DNA of 64,000 nucleotides from assembly GCF_018977255.1 (NCBI RefSeq), contig NW_024704745.1, positions 13,702,001 through 13,766,000 on the forward strand, read 5' to 3'. Position numbers and translations under genes: made by a program. Shown here piece after piece: positions 1 through 23,859 of the stretch. Within the stretch, counting starts at the first letter, position 1. Every line of letters starts with the position of its first letter. A model generated the notes under the pieces. The model ran no database searches. It saw only the letters and a list, made by a program, of their open reading frames with translations, and had not been told where the DNA came from. Source of the DNA: Callorhinchus milii. Taxonomy: Eukaryota.

Positions 1-12000
<12,000 letters not shown>

Positions 12001-12689
12001 TTTCTCCCTCACCCTTAAAAAAGTGCTAACACTGCATTTAGTACTGAAAATTTATAAATGAACCCTTTTTTAAAAAAATTATTTTTTTTTCAAGGCATTT
12101 TAACTAATTACATTTACAGAGGTCTGTTTTAATCAAACATTTCATGTTTATTTCTGCGCTCACTGTATTTTTAGCCTGGGAAGAAAAAAACCCACCTGCA
12201 AAACCTAGTCACTACACTTTACAGTACTAATCAAGCCCTTTAAGAGGCTTGTATCAAATGTAATGATAATAATCTTTGCATTTGATATAACTCCCGAGTC
12301 ACATCTTCGAGACGTCTCAAAGCGCTTCACAGAATATACTGTAAATTGAGTTGATCTTATTAACTGTTTGTGGGCGAAACGCGGCAGCCAATGGTGCACA
12401 GCAGTGTCCCACAAACAGTCCTGGATTGAGTGACCGATTTATTATTGTTATTTTTTTAAACTTGAAGGAGTTATGACCCCGGGAAAAGCCATCCGCCAAT
12501 CGACCAACAACCGGGTTCCTAATTACCGCCGGGGAAACAGAGGGTTCAACCTTATAGAGGTGCCTTACAATCAACTCCTATTTTATTCAAGCGACACGTT
12601 ATATCTGTCCTTGTGCAAAAAAAAAAAATACACACGTTTTAAAGGGCTTTCACAGCCTCAGCTCCTCAGACACAATGTGAGGGGGAGGA

Positions 12690-13060
12690 GTGGGGGGGAG
12701 GGGGGAGTGGGGAGTGGGGGAGTGGGGGGGAGGCATTTCTGAGACGGTTCAAAGCCGCAGTGTATTACAGTTTGACCCTGAGCCTCAGCCCAAGGAACTG
12801 CCGGAGCCTCAGTTCTGACGGTCTCACTGTTGCTGTCGCTGCCCCTGAACCGCCATCGCGTCCGTTTCAAATCACCCGCCGCCGCCGCCAGCAACCGGAA
12901 ACGGAAATGAGTCATCGCTGGTGTCGTCGTCGTCGTCGTCCCCCGGGTCCGCAGCCCCTCCACCTCACCCCCCGCCCCCCCTCCCCACGTGACCAGGTTG
13001 GGAGGGTTTTTAGTTGTGAAAAAAATGGCTTCGGGCCGGTACCTACTTTTATAATTATTC
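12690..13060 (-). promoter_or_regulatory. CpG-rich POLQ promoter / probable non-coding first exon
   Basis: CpG-dense stretch upstream of the POLQ ATG exon, which has its own acceptor at 12043 and so implies an upstream exon. Contains ETS-like CCGGAA/CGGAA motifs (~12895-12906) and a CDE/CHR element. Confidence 0.7.
12866..12880 (-). promoter_or_regulatory. CDE/CHR tandem element (DREAM/MuvB site)
   Basis: Minus strand reads GGCGG-GTGA-TTTGAA: CDE, 4-nt spacer, canonical CHR. Confidence 0.7.
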
Positions 13061-13435
13061 AATTTCAAACCTGCAAAACGTTATTTTTTCNNNNNNNNNN
13101 NNNNNNNNNNNNNNNNNNNNNNNNNNNNNNNNNNNNNNNNNNNNNNNNNNNNNNNNNNNNNNNNNNNNNNNNNNNNNNNNNNNNNNNNNNNNNNNNNNNN
13201 NNNNNNNNNNNNNNNNNNNNNNNNNNNNNNNNNNNNNNNTTTCTGGTTACTGGCGTCGGGGGGTGATTTGAAACGGATACGATGGTGACTCCAGGGCTGN
13301 NNNNNNNNNNNNNNNNNNNNNNNNNNNNNNNNNNNNNNNNNNNNNNNNNNNNNNNNNNNNNNNNNNNNNNNNNNNNNNNNNNNNNNNNNNNNNNNNNNNN
13401 NNNNNNNNNNNNNNNNNNNNNNNNNNNNNNNNNNN

Positions 13436-13844
13436 CTCCCCTCCTCCTCTCTCTCCCCTCCTCCTCTCTCCCCTCCCTCCCTCTCCTCCTCTCTCTCCCT
13501 CCTCCTCCTCTCCTCTCCTCTCTCCTCTCCCTCCTCCTCTCCCTCTGCTCCTCTCTCTCCTCCCCTCCTCCCTCTCCCTCCCCTCCTCCTCTCTCTCCCT
13601 CTCCCCCCTCTCCCTCCCCTCCTCCTCTCTCTCCCTCTCCTCTCTCTCCCCTCCCTCTCCCTCCCCTCCTCTCTCCCCTCCTCCTCCTCTCTCCCCTCCC
13701 TCTCCTCTCCCTCCCCTCCTCCTCTCTCTCCCCTCCTCCTCTCTCTCCCCTCCCTCTCCTCTCCCTCCCTCTCCTCTCCCTCCCTTCCTCCTCTCTCTCC
13801 CCTCCTCCTCTCTCTCCCCTCCCTCTCCTCCTCCTCTCCCTCCT
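13436..13844. repeat. Polypyrimidine (CT/CCT) low-complexity tract between assembly gaps
   Basis: About 400 nt almost entirely C/T, flanked by N runs. Confidence 0.95.
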
Positions 13845-14529
13845 TNNNNNNNNNNNNNNNNNNNNNNNNNNNNNNNNNNNNNNNNNNNNNNNNNNNNNNN
13901 NNNNNNNNNNNNNNNNNNNNNNNNNNNNNNNNNNNNNNNNNNNNNNNNNNNNNNNNNNNNNNNNNNNNNNNNNNNNNNNNNNNNNNNNNNNNNNNNNNNN
14001 NNNNNNNNNNNNNNNNNNNNNNNNNNNNNNNNNNNNNNNNNNNNNNNNNNNNNNNNNNNNNNNNNNNNNNNNNNNNNNNNNNNNNNNNNNNNNNNNNNNN
14101 NNNNNNNNNNNNNNNNNNNNNNNNNNNNNNNNNNNNNNNNNNNNNNNNNNNNNNNNNNNNNNNNNNNNNNNNNNNNNNNNNNNNNNNNNNNNNNNNNNNN
14201 NNNNNNNNNNNNNNNNNNNNNNNNNNNNNNNNNNNNNNNNNNNNNNNNNNNNNNNNNNNNNNNNNNNNNNNNNNNNNNNNNNNNNNNNNNNNNNNNNNNN
14301 NNNNNNNNNNNNNNNNNNNNNNNNNNNNNNNNNNNNNNNNNNNNNNNNNNNNNNNNNNNNNNNNNNNNNNNNNNNNNNNNNNNNNNNNNNNNNNNNNNNN
14401 NNNNTACTATTTCCCCACAGTAGGCAATGCCTAATATTCGGCCAGTTTGGGCCAGTGTTTGGTTGACTGGGCTACAAACACATTTTAATGTCTGGCCACC
14501 GTGCAGCAGCTCTCACTGTCCTCATTCCC

Positions 14530-15090
14530 CCACCACTACCATCTCTATCGGACTGTGGCCCCCGTCTGCTTCCCCTCCTATCAGCTCTGGCCTTTCCTGT
14601 CACAAGGAGCAATTTTTGGGGGTTTAACTCTTGCTGCCTGTGGGGAGACGATCCCCAATCTCTTGAATGCCCAGGGAAGTCATTCTCGGTTCTCTTCACG
14701 AGATCAGCAGTCTGTTCCAGCCGATCAGCCCCTACCATCCCTCGTTACAGCATCGAGTTGCTCTTTAAATGAGTCCTGATGTCCTGGTCTCTCACCACTT
14801 TTCCTGCAACCAGTTCTAGTCTTCATCATCTTTTCATCACCTCTGCTTTCAGATGAGACAGGGCACAGAGGGCACAGGTTGAGGGATAGAGCAGCAAAGG
14901 GCAATCAGGACAGACGCCGGGAAGTTTTTTTCTTTAAACAGAGGGTAGTTGAGAGCTGGAACCTGTTCCGGGAAGGTGTGGTTCAAGCCAGGGTGCTGGA
15001 ATCATTCAAGGATGCCAATGCTATGATGAGAAGGCTGTCGGGTGGGTATTCTGGAAGAATGAGATTAAATGGGCCGAAGGGCCTTCTTCA
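14530..15090. mobile_element. Degraded CR1-type LINE 3' fragments
   Basis: Motifs typical of CR1 3' ends (gggcacag..., cagagggtagttgagagctggaac, gggccgaagggcc); recognised by eye only. Confidence 0.5.
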
Positions 15091-16600
15091 TCGTAACCTC
15101 ACTTGTGATCTCCAGTCTATTGTCGCTCTCATTGGAAACTGTTTCCAGCAATCCTACTGCCCTTCATAAAACTAACCTCAGTTCTATTACGCCCTGTGTC
15201 CTGGCCAACAATCTATCAACTAAATTATTTTATTCCCTTCATTGGTTGTTTGTGGGGCCTACTGAGCTGCATTTACCTGTAAATACGCTGCACATGATCA
15301 TAATGATCTCAAGCATATTTCAATGTTATGTTTATATAGTGTTACAAATTTTAATTATTTATTATTATACATAAATTATGCGTATTTATATTATTGAATG
15401 TTAAAATATCAACATGATTAAAAATCCAAGTACTTTGGTCTGTAGTGATAAATAATGTGCCCATCTCTAGGAATGGCCATGTTTATTTTGAAACAGAAAA
15501 GAGCGAAGGAACAAGCTGCCCAACAGGGAATTTGATTACACAACAAATTACTGAAGCTGAGACTCGAAACACAATAGATGCAAGGTTTAGAAAGAATTTT
15601 ATTGGCAACATGTTTTGACGTATGATGATTTTGCAAACAGTTAAAAAAAACACAGTTCAATATAAACAGTTATACTGAAACATCATAGTTATGGCTGCGT
15701 AATGTAAGAGATTGCTAACACTAGCAAACATTGCATTATATCCGATTATAAAGATGTAAAAAAAGCTCCTAATGTGGATCAATTGGTGTGTGTTGGATCT
15801 TATAATCACCTTCATCTTTCTGAGATGCTATTTATACTTTCTCGAGTTTTTTTTTTACATAAAATATTTGTAGAAGATCAATTTTTATCTGAGATCCATG
15901 TCAATTTGTCACACTTCTCTTCACTGGTTACTTTGACAATATATTGTACGGACCATATGTTCATTCAAAATTGCTTTATTCTGACATCCTTTAAAAGCCC
16001 TTTTATAATAAAAAGATCATCACTATGATTGAATGAAATTTCATCATTGCAGGATTGTTAGTGGAGGGCTTGGACTAGCAAAGCTAGTAATGGTAAATTT
16101 TTATCCTTTCGCATCCTCTATTACAACACCATACCAAGGAGTTAGCATTCATGGTCTGCAAGGAGGAAGGATTGGATTTCAGCACACTGAAGTCCCAGAT
16201 TTTTAAACCAAAACTTAATGACTTAAAAGTTACACTTAAACAAGGCAGCAGTTGGTGAATGAAAAAATACTTTCTCTCGCCAGGGTACAATTCCACAGAC
16301 ACCAGCAGCCTTTGGTACCTTGACCAATGTGTTTTATCCATTCTGACTTGGTGTATGTAAAAGATTCCAATGCACCTCGACAACTGATCACAAGAACTAC
16401 TGGTAAGAGGCTAACATGTTTCAAGCCACAATGTAATCAGCCCCCTCTCAGGTACCTTGTCTTCTGTTACAAAATACATAAAACAGGAAGCTTTTAGGTT
16501 AATGAAGTTACGTGATTTGCATACTACATACTCACCATGTATGGGTTATTCAATTTGTAATGGCATTGTATGAAATACCAACAAACTGGAGTAAACTATT

Positions 16601-19600
16601 TCATATAGTTAAACTGGAGAGTCTTGATATTTTTTTTCTCTTAAGTGTTTCAACCAAGGTGTTTTTCTCTTGTTTTTGCCCCTCAGTCATGCACATACTG
16701 GTCAGAGGGACAGGCGTTGACCTACATTCAGTCATGTAGTACAAACAGGATTTCAGATGCTCTCCCATGCTGGGGATGTCAGCAAACCTCCAGTGGTCTA
16801 TGGTTGAGAAGACAGAGCTAAACTGCCACCTCTGTAATAAAAAGGAATATGGTCACACACTAATTCATATAGAATCATAGAATCTTACAGCACAGAAGGA
16901 GGCCATTCAGCCCACAGTGCCTGTTTGAAAGAGCTAGTTACCAACTAGTCCCACTCCCCCGCTCTTACCCCATAGCCCTGCAAATTTTTAAAATTAATTC
17001 AGAGTGCCACTTGGCTTCTGACATAAGAATAATATTTGCCATAATAATAATGAAGAAAAACCCTTTCATTCCAACACAACTACTGTTGTTTAATCACTTA
17101 GCAGCATAAACACATCGAAGTTGAGCATCTATGCATATAAATCCACCATCCTCCCTCCAGGAACCTACTACCCCACTCACTCAGTGAAGAATCTCCTTCT
17201 GAGAGAAATCTTTTTTAAAAAAGAAATTCAAGCATTAATGAGAAATCACTATGGGCATTCTATTGAAGAGCGTTAACATTTGTGAAGTATGTTCAAGGTT
17301 GCAGTCTATTTTTATTTCCCCCCCTCCTCTGCACCCTTGAATTCTTTCCCTTCCATGGGCCTTTACCAATTGAGAAGATTGAATGGAAGACCTACTACTC
17401 TATAAGGCTTTGCAGCTAGGTTGGCAGGAGACTTAAGCACTCCAAAACAATGTCCGATGTGAAGGGTGCTATGTAAATGCAAGTTGTTGTTGTTGATTCT
17501 GAAGGGCAGCCAATGCATGACCAGTTCTCGGATCTTTGTTCCTATTGTATGAGCAAACAGTTTGCAACTGTTTATACAGATATACAGTCAATTCACTTTA
17601 CAGTATATTCTGTGAAGCGCTTTGGGACATCTAGAAGACGTGAAAAGCGCTATATCAAATGCAAGGATTATTATTATTATAACTTGCAAAATGGCACAAC
17701 TGTGCATTTAAATATAGGCAATTTTCACTACATTATCTTTTTTTTTTTAAATCTAGCGGGCTCCCTATGGTACCTTACCAGCTAGGCCATTATTCTTGTG
17801 TGGAGTCTTGACACAAAATATTTTGGGATTTCAATCATGGATATTTTTAATTGCTGAATGTACTGGTATATTAGATTAGTGGGCAAATATAATACAGCAA
17901 TTATGTTCGCAGTCAAAGGCAAGGAATTCCTTTTTGGTCCAGTGAGTAAAGATACATGTGCCTCTAGACAGAGACTCTTCCTGGAATGTATGTATATATG
18001 TATGTATATACATACATTCCAGGATGTATGTATATGTGCGTAGGGGAGGGTGGTGTTGGGAGAGGGGTAGTGAGGAGATGATTAAGCTTGGTTGTAATTC
18101 CCTTACCCACTCCCCAAAAGTCTAATGCACCAGCACATACAACAAAACAAAGTAATGACATAACTCCTCGATAATAAAGAGACTATATGATACACGTTCT
18201 TTATTATGGCATTGCACCACTCTATGATAGGCACATGCTTCACAAAATTGATTGTTTTAACGTTTCATGTCACTTTGATATGAGTGAAAGGACTGAGGTG
18301 TCGCATATGACCAACACATTGAATGCCAAGACAGCACTTGACTGAGGTGTTGCATATGACCCACAGACTGAATGCCAAGAGTTCCTATGCACAGATTCAG
18401 CAAAGGGACAATCAGGGGTAGTTATTTTTAAATGTGGTGACAGATTCAAAAGGGCTAAGTGAAGGTCAAAACATAAATAGTGTTGTTACGGAAGATGAAT
18501 AAAACTGAGTGTTCATCGGTTTGGCATTTAACCCTTTGATTACCAGGAGATAAGTACAGTTGACTGGAGCAGAGAATTGGCAAATGGAATTTAATGTGGA
18601 AAATGTGAGGTTTTGAGAGGAGAACAAGTATATGTTGCATGGTCAAATATTAAAAGGAATGAAGAGGAAAAATGGGTTAATGTACATATATCCTCTTATC
18701 AAACTCAGCTACAATAACAATGATAAACATCGGACAAGACACTGAGATTTATGTAGTTTTCCCAAAAGCCCTCAAGCTGTAATAAACTAAAGAAATGTAC
18801 TTGCCCTTTTTCGAGCTCTCCAAGAAAAGCTCCCTGCTGAGTAACTCTTCTTTTCCCAAACGAGAGAGACCATGCCACGCTGTGACAGTAGAGTTGTGCA
18901 GACATCATTCATCAGCACAGATACCTGGGAGAACTGGGAGAGGCTATAGCTATCTAGGAAGCACGCAATGTGCCTCACTATCTCAGATGGAAGGCTACTT
19001 AAGGCATCCATTTTCTTGCTTCTTTTTGAAACATTGAGTTTTTCTTCACAGCTGCGATGCAGAACTGGAGAGATGTACGGTCTGATGGCAAATGTGCTCT
19101 GGTCATGGTTGTACACCACTTTTGCTTTCGGCCTGGAGGGGCAGAATCTCTGCTGTGAGTAGGGACAGCCAAGATAAGCCAGAGGACATCTCTGTTCCAT
19201 CCATCCGTTCAGACTGGACTGAATGTCGGTGTGCACATTCTTGAAATGAGATGAAAATTCATCCCGCCTGAAAAATTGCTGGCATGTAAATTTGAAAGTA
19301 GAACTCAATCTGTTATATCTCCGTGTTATACACTCTGTCTGTAGTTCCAGATGCAGAGATGAACTTCTTTCTGCTGCTACGTCAGCTAAAACCACATCCT
19401 GCCTGAAGGGAGCAGAGGGGAAAGAGTAAGCTTGGGTCCCAATGTCAACAAAGCATCCATCAGTGGCCTTTGTTTCTGATATTATATGGCCTTTTAACAT
19501 TCCTTCTAAAGAACAAAGCATCGAAACACTAACTTCATCATTTTGTTGCATTTCTGTTTCCAAGTCAGAAGTATCCACAGCTTTGTTCTCCACTTTGCGC

Positions 19601-21415
19601 TTCATTACACCTAACATCTGATTACGCTTGGTATGATAGCTGATGGGAACCTTGAAAGTATTGACGGTTCTAACAATCTGGGGCTCCAGATTCCCGTACA
19701 CAAAATCTTTTTCTTTTGGTGTGCACGCACTCATTTGCCCAAATCGGATCAGCATGCGACCATGATGTAACAAGTACATAGTGAAGCTTCTGCTATCCAG
19801 CTGACTGCTTAGCCTGTCCAGAACTCCTTCGTTCCAAGGCGCACCACCTTTTCTTTCAGCTTTCACAAGCGAAGGAAGGTCCGGTGAATTGCTTTTATTT
19901 TCACACCGTTCCTTCTTATTATCAGTACTACTTGATGGTTGCTTAGTTTTAACCTTCAAAGAATTAGCTTCAGTAATTTTACAACTTCTTTTTTCTTTGC
20001 TGAAAATCTTCTCCCAAACATCGTACCTATTTAAATCATTGCAAACAACACTCTTGTCCTTCGCAAGAGCTTTGCGTTCTTCATCAGTGAGATCCACTAC
20101 CTCTTCCTTATCTTCATCGGATTCCTGTGTTCCTGTTTCAAGTAGATGGGGGTCCAGTGCTGAAGCCCCTGACTGGCCCCCCACAGCCCCAACTTCACTC
20201 AAATCTAAGTCATTCTCTTCATCTCTCTCCGTCATCTCTGGGAAGAGTTCAGCCATCTTTATCGAGTTAAAGAGTATCCTTTGATCCCTCATGGCCATGG
20301 CTGTGGCTAAATTCTCTAAATTTGTTGGCTCTTTAAGGATGTTCTTTTGTAGAGTTTTGTGACTTTCACTGACCGGCCATCGATTCCATTCCATGGAGCA
20401 CGCCACAACACTGGCGGGACAAATGTGTAGGTGTTTACCGAGTTTGGAGCGGGCCATGAAGAAAGGGCAGCCATAGGCTGAGTTCAGACATGGGACATGT
20501 TCCCGCGGACACAGCAGCTTGTGTTCTTCCTCCTTACAGAGGTGAAATGTGGCACCACATTTGGAGGAACAATCAACAACCAAACAAGAAACGGCATGCT
20601 CAAAGGACTTCCTGCAGTAACGATTGAAACACGTTTCACAGTGCCTGTGCGAAGTATGGTTCAAATTCCTATTTATGCTCTGATGGAATAAGAAGACATT
20701 TATTATAATAATCCTGGCATTTGTTGTAGCGCCTCATCATGTCTTCGAGACGTCTCAAAGTGCTTTGCAGGATATGCCTTAAAATGTAATGATTGTGTGT
20801 TTTGTGGGCATTTCTTTAGTAACAGGTTAATTCCTCCTTTTTTGTTGTTGAAATAAGCATGCGTGAGTGTTAGATTTGTATGACCTTCATCTTGTTTAAA
20901 CTCTTCAAATTCTCTCCATTCAGTGAGGCACTATTTGGAAGTGAAGAGTGTAACAGGCATGTGTAAAATCACAAGAGAAGTAGCGACAAAGAAGATCCTT
21001 CATTCCATTTGATTTTAAACCTTCCAGATAAAATAGCCACCGAATATCTTACCATTGTAGAATCAACCTGTTTCTTATATGAATCTATTGTCCTGCCTCT
21101 GCCACTCTCCTCTTAGCCCATTCCAACCATCATTTACCCTCTGTGTAAATAAATATGTCCTGCCATCTGTCTTGAAATTGCCCTTCACACTTCTGACTTT
21201 GTGCCCTTGCCCTGCTGCCTTGGAGTATCTGAAAGTATTGATTTGGGTTTAACTTCTCAATCCCACTTACCATCATATGTACCTCAATAAGATTTCCTCC
21301 GAGGCATCTCATTTTAAGGCAAAAGAGCTTTTGTGAAAATGTTGCGAGGAAAGGGGTTACATTACTGTTAATCTTGTTTACTATTGGTTTTAAGTCAAGA
21401 TCATATTCTTACCAT
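16601..21415 (-). CDS. FBXO40: F-box only protein 40 (muscle F-box protein with TRAF-type zinc finger), ~702 aa
   Basis: ATG is the last 3 nt of a 23-nt exon (21413-21435, ATG|gtaaga). Main exon 18805-20679 has HRHCETCFNRYC, CPASVVACSMEWNRWP, FRRDEFSSHFKNVHTDIQ and the F-box LSSLPSEIVRHIACFLDSYSLSQFSQVS. Last exon 16601-16831 reads RWQFSSVFSTIDHWRF... to TGA. The last intron uses a GC donor. Confidence 0.96.
18291..18380. repeat. ~49-bp tandem duplication in the FBXO40 last intron
   Basis: gactgaggtgtYgcatatgacc...tgaatgccaaga occurs twice in tandem. Confidence 0.85.
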
Positions 21416-21729
21416 TTTGATGATCCTCTTCTCAGCTGGAAGGAAAAGAAACAATATTGCTTTAGATATAAAGTCACAAATTTTAAAGTGCAACAAAGGC
21501 TGCCAACAAAACAGTCATTGTTGACGTTCTTTAAACCAAGCCACCAGAGATAAGATGGGTGTAGGGTGGTCAATTTTAAAAGCTGAGTCAAGTTGGGAAC
21601 AGCATTGGGATTAAGATATTGGAATCCTTGTGACATCAGGTTCAAAGATACCATGGGCCAGCAGTTACCAATGCAACCATTTGAACGAAATGGATGTTGA
21701 CCAACTGAAAGACCTATGTTATCATACGT

Positions 21730-22040
21730 GGAGTGCTGTAGTGTGGTAGTTAGCACACTCAACTCGCAAGAGAGAGAACCTGGTTCAATTCCCAGCCGGA
21801 GCAAAACCTTCTGCAAGATTTCCCTACTCCACAGGGCTCTGTTTATCCAGCAGCAAGTAGGAAACGGTTGTTAGTCGATTCAATCCACAACTGTTTGTGG
21901 GATACTCCTGTGTGCAATTGGCTGTCGCGTTTTGCCCACAAAATACACAGTCACTCCAGTTTACAGTATATCCTGTGAAGCGCTTTGAAACGTCTCAACG
22001 ATGTGATAAGGCGCTACAGCAAGTGCAAGGATTATTATTA
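21730..22040 (+). mobile_element. tRNA-derived SINE (older subfamily), full length
   Basis: tRNA-like head (tagtgtggtagttagcac...tggttcaattccc), family body and 3' end gcaaggattattatta. Confidence 0.88.
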
Positions 22041-22947
22041 TGATGATGATATATCACATACCACATTTTTCACCCTGCATTGCAACAATAAAGATAAATA
22101 CATTTGCAAACAGATTCGACAACCTATTTTGCTGGTACTGACCATTCCATATTATAGTTCAAAACTGAAAATGACCAGCAGTTGCGAAACTAAAAATATG
22201 AATGAATTAGTAGCCCTGCAAGGCGCTTCTTGTCTACCTGAGGTTCAAGCTATCCCATTGAGGCTTTGGCTCATAGGGTTGAGTGCACCTCCTTGGATCC
22301 AGTTCAGGCCCAGGAAGACCCTAAAAGGTGTTACTAAAAATCTTTTTAATGGTAATGCTTTTTTTTTCCTAACACCGACCTTTAAATGCAGATATTCCTA
22401 ATTAATGCATGCATTATTTTCATTGGCCCATTACATATCTGTGTATATATAATATATATACAATATATATATATGTTCCTCTTTGCAGAAGTCTGGAGAG
22501 AATACAGGAGGCTGCAAGAAACTGGTGAAACATACTTCACTAAAAAAAACACACACACATACACTAAAGCAGCCTTACAAGTCAGGTCACCTTGTCAGAG
22601 GTCTCAAGTTGATGGAAGAGATTCAGGGAGAAAAAAAAGTTAAATCATTGTTCCCCGAGTGCACGGAATTATCCTCGTGATCCAACTTTCAACCAAATAA
22701 AAACGAGTGGTAATCTCACCCCCACCCCCCCCCACACACACACCAGCGAAACCACTCTCGCTCGTTCCCTTATTGAGGCTTTTTCCCTGATCACAAGCTC
22801 TGGCTCTCTCTCTCTCTGAGCAAGAACTGAGATTTAAAATAAATCTGCAAATAAAGCCGATCTTTTTACCTTTAAAGCCGTGGGAGGCGACGCAATGCAC
22901 GGACCGATTCTGCCTCGATAGATACTTTGCAGCGATCTCACGTTTAG

Positions 22948-23508
22948 CTGCTGGTGGTGCTGCTGCTGCTGGAGCTGCTGCTGCTGGTGGTGGTGCTGCT
23001 GCTGGTGGTGGTGGTGCTGCTGCTGCTGGTGGTGCTGCTGCTGGAGGTGGTGGTGCTGCTGGTGGTAGTGGTGCTGCTGCTGGAGCTGCTGCTGCTGGTG
23101 GTGCTGCTGCTGGTGGTAGTGGTGCTGCTGGTGGTAGTGGTGCTGCTGCTGGTGGTGGTGCTGCTGCTGGAGGTGGTGCTGCTGCTGGTGGTAGTGGTGC
23201 TGCTGGTGGTAGTGGTGCTGCTGCTGGTGGTGGTGCTGCTGCTGGTGGTGGTGCTGCTGCTGGTGGTGGTGGTGCTGCTGGTGGTAGTGGTGCTGCTGCT
23301 GGAGCTGCTGCTGCTGGTGGTAGTGGTGCTGCTGCTGGTGGTGCTGCTGCTGGTGGTGGTAGTGGTGCTGCTGCTGGAGCTGCTGGTGGTAGTGGTGCTG
23401 CTGCTGGTGGTGCTGCTGCTGGAGCTGCTGGTGGTAGTGATGCTGCTGCTGGAGCTGCTGGTGGTAGTGGTGCTGCTGCTGGTGGTGCTGCTGCTGGAGG
23501 AGGTGGTG
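22948..23508 (-). repeat. Compound trinucleotide repeat (CAG/CAC/TAC/CTC)n, 187 triplets in one register
   Basis: Plus strand is ctg/gtg/gta/gag triplets with no register shift; the minus strand reads Q/H/Y/L with recurring units such as QQQHHYHQQ. Confidence 0.97.
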
Positions 23509-23646
23509 GTTTGGACCCTTTAAACGGTGCAGCTTTTCCCGGAGTTCACTGTGCTGCTGGTGAGCTTTCCTCTGTGCCCTACCGGCAGCTGAGCTGAGCA
23601 GCACAGACAGACCCCCCCCACACCCCGGAGTGGCCCGGAGACGGCG

Positions 23647-23657
23647 TTTATATTTAG
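23647..23657 (-). promoter_or_regulatory. Overlapping MEF2 site / TATA box, candidate FBXO40 core promoter
   Basis: Minus strand CTAAATATAAA fits YTA(A/T)4TAR and contains TATAAA. A CAGCTG E-box lies at 23586-23591. FBXO40 is a muscle-expressed gene. Confidence 0.55.
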
Positions 23658-23859
23658 GTCCATGTGTTTAGCATTAAAAGATAAACAGAACTGGAGCCTC
23701 GGGAATGGGGTAAAGCGATACTGTGGGTCATCGCCAAAGCAGGAAACCATTTGCTGCCCTCAAAACACTGTCACGTCTTACACTGTGGCGTTCCCCCCCT
23801 GGGATGCCTGGTTTGGTTACTTAAAAACAACTGGTGACCACCCTCCTCCACCCCCCCCA

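Noticed and set aside
13282-14466. Long ORFs spanning N runs (also 12760-13266 and 59860-61096)
   Set aside because: Open only because of assembly gaps and low-complexity sequence.
18787-20664. FBXO40 as a single-exon 625-aa gene, as in the ORF track
   Set aside because: The TTG start is internal; the real ATG is in the 21413-21435 exon and the conserved C-terminus is in 16601-16831.
22954-23523. Plus-strand poly-Val/Leu ORF resembling a multi-pass membrane protein
   Set aside because: Antisense reading of the CAG/CAC repeat; no ATG, promoter or splice support on that strand.
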